Below, in pieces: positions 25,303 to 32,000 of a DNA stretch of 32,000 bases. This DNA is from Candidatus Saccharimonadota bacterium. GTDB taxonomy: Bacteria; Patescibacteriota; Microgenomatia; UBA1406; GWC2-37-13. Positions within the stretch are counted from its first letter, which is position 1; each line of letters begins with the position of its first letter. A program made the position numbers and the translations under genes. The stretch is taken from the NCBI GenBank assembly GCA_001790095.1, contig MGBH01000001.1, positions 30,001 through 62,000 on the forward strand. The letters are read 5' to 3'. The notes under the pieces were generated by a model. That model saw only the letters and a program-made list of their open reading frames with translations, did not search any database and had not been told where the DNA came from.

Positions 25303-26916
25303 ATGATTTCATATTTCAAAAGGAATAAAAGATTGTTTTTATTCACGTTCATCTTCTTTCTTATTCAATTACCATTTCTTGATCAGTTATCCCTTTTACG
25401 TGGTGAGCGAGACATCGTTTTGTCGGGTTTCTCACTTGCCAAAACTGGCAAGGATCTGTATGGAAAACTCTTTTCACTTGAGTTTCTTGGCATTGATCCC
25501 TTTGTTCCTTTTGTACCGATATACATAGCTGCATTGTGGTGGCTCATAATCCCAATAAAAACAGTCTTCTTAGCAAGGCTCCTGTTTGTGTTACTCTCAC
25601 TTTCATTGCCATTTCTTATATATGAAATAGTCAAACATATAATCCGTAATGAAAGAATTTCTTTTTGGACCTCGGTTGTGTTTTGCCTTAGTCCTGGAGT
25701 ATTTCACCTAACAAGGCTTACTCTTGAAATAGGCGTTGCATTTCCGCTTCTTTTAGGAGGGATACTAGCGTTTCTAAAGAAAAAAAGAATCGTATCCTAT
25801 TTATTCTTTTTCCTTAGTTTTTTTTCCTATCATGGATTTCGGCCGCTTATTCCTGTACTACTTCTTTATTTGGAGATATTTGACTATGTGCAAAAAAAAG
25901 AACTGTCAATATTTATAAAGAAGAGCATAGTACATATTTTGTTTTTTTTGGGGTTGGTTTTGATAAGTATTGTCATTGATGGCAGATTGATGAAAGAACG
26001 GATTAGCGACGTTGCATTTTCCGGTTTTGGCAAATGGTCAAATGAGATTATCTATAACAGAAATACTTCAGTTGCCCCTCAGTTGGTAGCTTCGGTGTTT
26101 GATAACAAAATCACTGCTATGTTGCAGTATATGAGAGATGTCGTTATAAGAGGAATTGATTTAAGATATCTGTTTCTGATTGGAGATGAATCTTCTCTAT
26201 ATGCTACAACATTTACCGGACAGTTTTTTATCACTTCTATGCTCTTTTATTTTCTAGGAATTCTGTTACTTGGAAAAAAATTAAAGTGGAGTTATTATTA
26301 TATCGTCGGTTTTATAGCGGTTGGACTTGTTCCATCGATTGTGAATATAAGCTATGTAAGTTATTCGATCCGATCGATACTTTCCTCAGTTGGGTTTGCC
26401 TTCATTATCGCATATGGACTGGTCGGTTTTATTGATTTTTTAAAAACACAAAAACCAGTCATAAAAAAATTAATAATGACGGTGATATTCCTTTCACTAC
26501 TTATTGAGATCACTTTTTTTGTATATAACTATTATGCCAGGCGCTTCATAACCATGTCTGAGATGTTTTTTGAAAGTGAACGCAGGATCGCACAATATAT
26601 GATCAATCACCCCAATCCTTACAAAATCTATACAAACAATCCAAGGAGTATTTATTTCAGCTATTTATTTTTTAATAATAAAGTAGATATGACAAAAGCT
26701 CAAGGAGTTACAAAAAAAGGAGCACCATACACGATAGATGGATTTGAAATTGCGGTTTGTCCCAATAATCCTCAATTTACAAAAAAGATGGAGATTATCA
26801 TGGACGCATGTCTGACTGAGAAAGGTTATGATCAAATTCAGGAACAAACAAAACCAAATGATGTAATACCATACACAAACTACTCCTTTAGAAATGCTTA
26901 TTTTATTTTTGATTAA
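25303..26916 (+). CDS. GT-C membrane glycosyltransferase, PMT/ArnT-like (copy 2 of paralogous pair)
   Basis: The first loop is LRGERDIVLSGFSLAKTGKDLYG. Blocks shared with 16930..18573: SP.VFH..RL.LEI..AFP, FFSY.G.RPL.P, TGQF and GL.PS..NI...S.SIRS. Confidence 0.75.
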   Translation: MISYFKRNKRLFLFTFIFFLIQLPFLDQLSLLRGERDIVLSGFSLAKTGKDLYGKLFSLEFLGIDPFVPFVPIYIAALWWLIIPIKTVFLARLLFVLLSLSLPFLIYEIVKHIIRNERISFWTSVVFCLSPGVFHLTRLTLEIGVAFPLLLGGILAFLKKKRIVSYLFFFLSFFSYHGFRPLIPVLLLYLEIFDYVQKKELSIFIKKSIVHILFFLGLVLISIVIDGRLMKERISDVAFSGFGKWSNEIIYNRNTSVAPQLVASVFDNKITAMLQYMRDVVIRGIDLRYLFLIGDESSLYATTFTGQFFITSMLFYFLGILLLGKKLKWSYYYIVGFIAVGLVPSIVNISYVSYSIRSILSSVGFAFIIAYGLVGFIDFLKTQKPVIKKLIMTVIFLSLLIEITFFVYNYYARRFITMSEMFFESERRIAQYMINHPNPYKIYTNNPRSIYFSYLFFNNKVDMTKAQGVTKKGAPYTIDGFEIAVCPNNPQFTKKMEIIMDACLTEKGYDQIQEQTKPNDVIPYTNYSFRNAYFIFD

Positions 26917-26927
26917 AAAGATCCAAT

Positions 26928-27824
26928 CTAATCTATTATCTTTTCAACCATTTTTTCCTTAAGGGTTACTGAGTCTTTTTTTGCTTTCCAGAAAAGTGAC
27001 TCCTTATAAAGTTTCCCAAGAAAATTTGACGTTTCTTGTAGTAACGTTTTTTCGCTTGATTTGAAATTAAATTTAAGAAGTTCAAGGTAGTAGAAATACA
27101 CAAGAAAGGGATAAAACAGTTGAAATAAGGCGAGTATAAAACCATGGATTCCATCCTTATAGCCGTCATTTGCAAAGAATCGACTGATGAACTCAGAAAT
27201 GCCCTTTTTCATAGTATCGGGAAGATGTAGTAATTGTTTTCGTTCATGAAACAGAGTAGCTTCTGATTTGGCATACCTCATCGCTTTGGTGAGATATTCA
27301 TCGATGGATTCATAATTAAAATGACAGATTGCGTACGATTCTTCTGCTTTGATTTGAAATCCTTTGCCTGATACGCGAGGTTGTTTATGGATTTCATGCG
27401 GCCAGACAACAGAATCTTTCTTAAATAATCTGATCTGTTCATCAGGCCACCAACGACTGTGGCGAATCCATTTCCCAAAAATAATATTTTTTCTTGGTAT
27501 TGAAAAATAATCATATTGAGTAAGTTTGGATTGCAGTTCATTTTTCAAATCTGTCGTGAGTATCTCATCTGGATCAAGAAACAGAATATATTCCTCTTTT
27601 GCATACATTTTCAATTTCTCGCGGATGACTTCAACATATGGTACTTTTTCATCGATTTGGACGATACGAATAGTTTTATATGAAGCAAGCTTCTTTTTAA
27701 GGTCTTGATCGATACCGATATCTGCAACTATGATCTCTTTTACGAAAGCCTTGACTGAATCAATTGCTTCAATAGCGTGAGGCGGATTTCCCTTAATCAC
27801 AAGTATTGCAGATATCTGGTTCAT
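26928..27824 (-). CDS. glycosyltransferase family 2, LgtF/WaaE-like subgroup (copy 2)
   Basis: ISAILVIKGN, LFLDPDEILT and IPRKNIIFGKWIRHSRWWPDEQIRLFKKD are present. It is colinear with 16168..16926 but has a C-terminal extension of about 45 aa. Confidence 0.8.
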   Translation of the reverse strand: MNQISAILVIKGNPPHAIEAIDSVKAFVKEIIVADIGIDQDLKKKLASYKTIRIVQIDEKVPYVEVIREKLKMYAKEEYILFLDPDEILTTDLKNELQSKLTQYDYFSIPRKNIIFGKWIRHSRWWPDEQIRLFKKDSVVWPHEIHKQPRVSGKGFQIKAEESYAICHFNYESIDEYLTKAMRYAKSEATLFHERKQLLHLPDTMKKGISEFISRFFANDGYKDGIHGFILALFQLFYPFLVYFYYLELLKFNFKSSEKTLLQETSNFLGKLYKESLFWKAKKDSVTLKEKMVEKIID

Positions 27825-27827
27825 ACT

Positions 27828-29273
27828 TTATTTTACAAATAATGCACGTAATTCTCCAACAAGATTTGTTTTGAATACGGTTAACAAAATAATGTAATAG
27901 GAAAGCGCACCAACTATAAATGATGCAAAAAAGCCAACGTACGGGTGGGGAATTATTCTTATTAATGTGACGATAATGACTCCCATCAACAAGGCGCTTA
28001 TAACCGATCTATGTATTGAGTCAAAAAGATGAAAGCTTACGAAAGCACGAGCTTTGTATGAAACCATGACCGAGGACAGGGCAATGATAAGCAGTACGAA
28101 AGGAAAGCCATAGTATCCAAAGAGATTAGTAAAAAGTGGAGTAAGAACCCATGTGGTTATGGTCCATCCAAACATGAAAGTAAATGAAATCTTGACCTTC
28201 CCTAATGCGTTGTATAGATTCATAAAGGGTGAGGAATATGAGGAAAAAAAGGAAGCAAGGCAAAAAATATAAAAAAGCGGAAGAGCAGGAGCCCACTTAC
28301 TGTATTTGGGTATTATATAGACCATCTTTTCCATAAAAACAGCCATCATTATTAAGGTTGGAGCAAGTACCAAGGTCTGATAATAAAGAATTCGATCGAT
28401 AACTGTACCGACTTTTTCTTTATCGTGTTGTATGCGGGAGATAACAGGGAAAAGAACACGACTTATATTATCCATGATAATTCTGATCGGTGCCTCAGCC
28501 CATTTTTTTGCCCAACCAATATATCCCAAGGCTTCAAATCCGAGTATTTTTCCTAAGAAAAGGATGATAAGATCATCTTTAAATAAGGCGAGAAAAGAGG
28601 ACGCTTGAAAGGGAAGTCCAAAAGAAAGGAGTTCTTTTAAACTTTTTTTTGAGATGCCAAGCTGTGGGCGCCATGGTGATAAAATATAGATAAGAATAAG
28701 GCCAATTATAGCCCTTAATACAACGGCGATAGTAAAGCTTTGGAGCTCAAATTTTAAAAGGGCAAAAATAATAACCGACAGATAAAAAACGGTGTTTTCA
28801 ACAATTTGAACAAGAACGATTCTTTGAAATTTAATTTTTCTTTCAAGAAGTATTGAGGGGATGGTTTTGAGCGAAGAAATAAAAAAAGAGATAAGAAGCA
28901 CCCAGTATAGATATATACCTGAGGGGGGGAGTTTATAAAATTCTCCTACAAAACCCGTGATCAGGAAGCCAATGGATATCCCTGTAATAATCATGAGCTG
29001 TTGGATAGTAAAGGTCGTTTTGATATCATCCTCATGTACTTCTTTTTTTTGTACGAGTGAAGCTGCAAGGCCTATATCTGAAAAATAGTTCAGAACAGAT
29101 ATGATAGAAAGAGTAGTAATATACATACCAAAGATCTTGGGAGAAAGAAGGATGGTTACGATAAGATTGGCAGCCAAACCCAGAAAAGCGGAGTATCCGC
29201 TTTGAAAAAAGAGGCTGAGAGTGCTTATCAGAGTCTTTCTTTTTATTTGAGAATAGGTTTCAAGTTTATCCAT
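27828..29273 (-). CDS. Wzx-type oligo/polysaccharide flippase (MOP superfamily, Polysacc_synt family)
   Basis: 481 aa with about 14 TM helices. The N-terminal block KRKTLISTLSLFFQSGYSAFLGLAANLIVTILLSPKIFGMYITTLSIISVLNYFSDIGLAASLVQKKE is typical of Wzx/TuaB-like flippases and not of MurJ. Confidence 0.8.
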   Translation of the reverse strand: MDKLETYSQIKRKTLISTLSLFFQSGYSAFLGLAANLIVTILLSPKIFGMYITTLSIISVLNYFSDIGLAASLVQKKEVHEDDIKTTFTIQQLMIITGISIGFLITGFVGEFYKLPPSGIYLYWVLLISFFISSLKTIPSILLERKIKFQRIVLVQIVENTVFYLSVIIFALLKFELQSFTIAVVLRAIIGLILIYILSPWRPQLGISKKSLKELLSFGLPFQASSFLALFKDDLIILFLGKILGFEALGYIGWAKKWAEAPIRIIMDNISRVLFPVISRIQHDKEKVGTVIDRILYYQTLVLAPTLIMMAVFMEKMVYIIPKYSKWAPALPLFYIFCLASFFSSYSSPFMNLYNALGKVKISFTFMFGWTITTWVLTPLFTNLFGYYGFPFVLLIIALSSVMVSYKARAFVSFHLFDSIHRSVISALLMGVIIVTLIRIIPHPYVGFFASFIVGALSYYIILLTVFKTNLVGELRALFVK

Positions 29274-30970
29274 AAAGGTTTATAGAAAATGAGCAAACAG
29301 AGAAAAATATATACGGTAAACGATATATAATTACTTGTTTTTTCAATACCTGTTTCATTATAAAAAATACGTACAGTGGATGGTTGAGAAAGCTTTATTA
29401 TGGGGCGTCCTAACTGATCAAATAGATTTGGTTTAATCTGCTTGTCATTTATTTGTATTTCCCAGAAAGGGAAATAATGAATATTTATTTTTATCGTCAT
29501 AGGTTTATTGATTTGTACCTCCTTGAAAAAATGACTGTTTTTTAAGATCTTAAACGTTGAGGAATCTTTGATCTCAACCGGTCCATTTACCATCTCTATT
29601 TTTGTGTTTTGTGGATTTGTTTGAAGATCAAAGCTTCTCCAATAAGAATAATCAGCACTAACGGGTAAATATTCAGCGATATTATATGCAACAGTTTGTG
29701 TAACATAATTTTTTGAAAGGTATGCGCTTGCATATTCATCATAGCTCATAAGCCATGGTTTTGAAAAAAACTTCCCAGACATAAAGAGAAGAAAAGCAAA
29801 CATAAGTATTATTAGATAGGGTGCTATTTTATGTAAAGTGTCCTGTAAAACCTCTGAAAAGTATGCAGAAAAAAAGCCAAGTGAAAACATTCCAAATACA
29901 AGAAATCGCCAAGGAAACTGAAAGATCGCAAGTATAGGCTTGAATAATTCCCAGATAATATCTGATTGATAAGTCGTTAAAAAAAGTGATCCAATACCCA
30001 GCAAAAGAATAAATAGTGTGATGGCACGATAGTGGGAAGATCTCTTTTTTTGCCGTATGAAATCAAATATTAAAGCAAATAATCCAAAAGTTCCAAGAAG
30101 TATGTGTATTTTTCCTAAAGTAAAAGGCATACCGTCATCTTGGCAGCCCTTGGCTGATCCCGAAAATTCCCAAAGGGGAGAACTCCAGATTTGCCACGCA
30201 CAAAGAAAATGATCTTGATAATGAGTGATTTGAGCATTTTGTGATGCATATGTTAGAGGTAACTCTATTACGGCAGGTATTAGAAAATAAGCAGACAAAA
30301 GAAGTCCGATACCCAACATCATAAAGTTTCTTTTTTTATTGTTGAGAAGAAGTACAAATACAGAGGCAATACCTACAAAAAGGAGAGAAAACACATTGTG
30401 TACAGTAAAAGTAAAAGAAATGATAAGGGATGAAATCGCAAATATATATGGAGACAACTTTCTTGAATTGAGCACTATCAAGTACAGAGCAAGTGGGAAA
30501 AGGACCAAAAACCAACACTCAGCAAGGTTTCCCCGTACAAATATTTCAATCGCAAACCATAAGGAAGATGCGTATGTTATCCCTCCCATTACGCTGGGAA
30601 GAAATCCAAAAAATAGTCTCAGGAATAAAAACATCGAGGTAAAAGACAGTATCAGACTCAAAAAAAAGGAGAATTTCAATGCCATAGGAATAGGAAGACC
30701 AATAAGATGTAATCCTGTTGTTACCCAATATGAAAACGGTGCATAAAAATTGAAGACAGGGAATCCTAGATTATGGGAAAGCTCAGGAGCAAGTCTTGGA
30801 GGTATATGGCCAGATTTGATATTGAGAGCCATCTGTTGGATTCGGGCAGCCTGTGTCTCATCGTGAAAATTAAACATGCGCGAATCAAAGGGGTTCAGAG
30901 TTTTTCCTAAAGTTATGGCAATAATGCCACAGATAAGAAAAAAGACTACGACTCTGATTCTTTTATCCAT
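29243..30970 (-). CDS. large polytopic membrane protein, GT-C-like (unclassified)
   Basis: 575 aa. After TM1 comes FNFHDETQAARIQQMALNIKSGHIPPRLAPELSHNLGFPVFNFYAPFSYW. There are at least 10 hydrophobic segments and a C-terminal soluble domain of about 150 aa. The GT-C assignment is an inference from architecture and context. Confidence 0.55.
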   Translation of the reverse strand: MDKRIRVVVFFLICGIIAITLGKTLNPFDSRMFNFHDETQAARIQQMALNIKSGHIPPRLAPELSHNLGFPVFNFYAPFSYWVTTGLHLIGLPIPMALKFSFFLSLILSFTSMFLFLRLFFGFLPSVMGGITYASSLWFAIEIFVRGNLAECWFLVLFPLALYLIVLNSRKLSPYIFAISSLIISFTFTVHNVFSLLFVGIASVFVLLLNNKKRNFMMLGIGLLLSAYFLIPAVIELPLTYASQNAQITHYQDHFLCAWQIWSSPLWEFSGSAKGCQDDGMPFTLGKIHILLGTFGLFALIFDFIRQKKRSSHYRAITLFILLLGIGSLFLTTYQSDIIWELFKPILAIFQFPWRFLVFGMFSLGFFSAYFSEVLQDTLHKIAPYLIILMFAFLLFMSGKFFSKPWLMSYDEYASAYLSKNYVTQTVAYNIAEYLPVSADYSYWRSFDLQTNPQNTKIEMVNGPVEIKDSSTFKILKNSHFFKEVQINKPMTIKINIHYFPFWEIQINDKQIKPNLFDQLGRPIIKLSQPSTVRIFYNETGIEKTSNYISFTVYIFLCLLIFYKPLWINLKPILK

Positions 30971-30971
30971 T

Positions 30972-32000
30972 TTATTTAGTCAATTCAAGCAAATGTATGA
31001 CCGAATCGCGATTTGGTTTATAGTAGGATTTAATCAGTTTGACTGGCCAGTTGGTTGGGTAGGTTAGTTGATGTGCAAGTACTACATATACTTTTCTTTC
31101 TCCGATTTCCTTTTGATGGTTAATAAGCTCCTTTTCTCCAAGCGGCCAATATCCAACGATTGAGATAGTGTCATCAGGGCGAAGAAAGGTGTCGAGTATA
31201 TCTCCTGACATACCAAAATTCCCTTCAGCCAGTATAACTACCGGTTTTTCCTTTGTTTGTTCCCGCGCAAAAGCAACTATTTCTTTTGCACCATATCCAA
31301 CCGTTTCTCCAATCACATATTGTCCACGATCTATTGGGGGGAATATTATCCCTTTATAGTTAAACCACATAAAGTAATCAAACACAAGTGTTGATGCGAT
31401 TATGAAAGTGAGAGAAAGCAATACTACTCTGTTGTTTTTTATTTGAGAAAGAAAATATGCAGCAAGTATTACAAACAAAGAACCGAAAAATATGATATAT
31501 CTGGGAAACAACACCCGAGTCAAGAATGAAATACCGATATAAGGAATCAAAATCCATGCACAAATATAAAAGAAATAACGTTTGTTTTTTTGAAACAACT
31601 TAAAGAGTCCAAGGAAACCAAATGGTACGATCACCCACCCAAGCTCAGAAAAAACGTAGTAGGGTATAGTCTTTATATTGCTTATGAAGACGGCTAGAGG
31701 GTTTTTCATCCACTCATCAAAAGTCATAACAAATGTTTTATTTTTTTCTTCAACAAAGTGTAGGAAGGGTGAGAGTCGTTGGATATTGTAAATAGCAAAT
31801 GCAATACATGCGGAGAGAGCAAATAAAAATAGAAAATTTACGAGCTTGATAAGAAATCTTTTTGTATTTTTTTCCCAAAAAAGAATAGGGCCAAGAGTAG
31901 ACAGCCCCATAAATAGCCTTGATGATGACTTGGCTAATAGACCCATACCTCCAAATAATCCAAATAGAAGCGATACATCAAGTCTTTGATTTTTTGCAAG
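30972..32000 (-). CDS. polytopic membrane protein, C-terminal part of a GT-C/ArnT-like protein (N-terminus beyond the window end)
   Basis: The ORF track begins at Met 31946, but the frame stays open through 32000 (..LAKNQRLDVSLLFGLFGGMGLLAKSS..). The gene is therefore almost certainly 5'-truncated by the window. It has several TM helices and a soluble C-terminal domain of about 120 aa. Confidence 0.55.
   Translation of the reverse strand, partial: LAKNQRLDVSLLFGLFGGMGLLAKSSSRLFMGLSTLGPILFWEKNTKRFLIKLVNFLFLFALSACIAFAIYNIQRLSPFLHFVEEKNKTFVMTFDEWMKNPLAVFISNIKTIPYYVFSELGWVIVPFGFLGLFKLFQKNKRYFFYICAWILIPYIGISFLTRVLFPRYIIFFGSLFVILAAYFLSQIKNNRVVLLSLTFIIASTLVFDYFMWFNYKGIIFPPIDRGQYVIGETVGYGAKEIVAFAREQTKEKPVVILAEGNFGMSGDILDTFLRPDDTISIVGYWPLGEKELINHQKEIGERKVYVVLAHQLTYPTNWPVKLIKSYYKPNRDSVIHLLELTK

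Noticed and set aside
1-32000. Possibility of an alternative genetic code (UGA recoded), as in some candidate-phyla lineages.
   Set aside because: TGA ends several ORFs at family-typical lengths, five of them within ATGA overlaps. An intact RF2 with SPF and GGQ motifs is encoded. No conserved protein here requires read-through of TGA.
1-32000. Search for CRISPR arrays, tRNA/rRNA genes, transposases or integrases, toxin-antitoxin pairs, restriction-modification or other defence genes, and reverse transcriptase/DGR elements.
   Set aside because: Coding density leaves only six short gaps, none with repeat-spacer structure or cloverleaf potential. No ORF shows nuclease, recombinase, reverse-transcriptase, methyltransferase or NTPase-defence motifs. 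The historical Abi name of the CPBP family is not evidence for a phage-defence function.

Overview
This is an AT-rich, very gene-dense bacterial chromosome fragment with 29 protein-coding genes. Most gaps are under 50 bp, and five same-strand junctions are ATGA start/stop overlaps. The standard code applies, with TGA used as a stop. I found no rRNA, tRNA, CRISPR array, transposase or integrase, and no conspicuous DNA repeat. The few intergenic gaps (2760-2851, 6108-6150, 7168-7211, about 8682-8746, 11612-11732, 18574-18606) are too short or unstructured for RNA genes.

Left third (1-11.6 kb): one long minus-strand block of envelope and division genes. It holds a CAP-domain protein, a VanZ-like protein, a double lamin-tail-domain surface protein, a coiled-coil cysteine peptidase, ftsX, ftsE, a small anchored protein, prfB and a PilM-like/LytR_C fusion. 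This block diverges from dnaG-rpoD. An XRE regulator plus a CPBP intramembrane protease follow.

Right 60 percent (12.6-32 kb): an uninterrupted glycosylation island. It contains nine large polytopic membrane proteins with GT-C-type features (PMT/ArnT-like, GT87/DUF2029-like, DUF2079-like and unclassified), four GT2, one GT4 and one Wzx-type flippase. The island includes a duplicated GT2 + GT-C two-gene module.

The gene content and compaction are what I would expect from a Patescibacteria/CPR (Microgenomates-like) genome. That is an inference, not something I can verify here.

The best candidate for an undescribed system is the GT-C-dense island with its recurrent GT2:GT-C pairs. The second is the ftsEX-linked coiled-coil papain-like hydrolase, together with the neighbouring PilM-like/LytR_C fusion. 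All family assignments come from motif recognition by eye. No database search was run.
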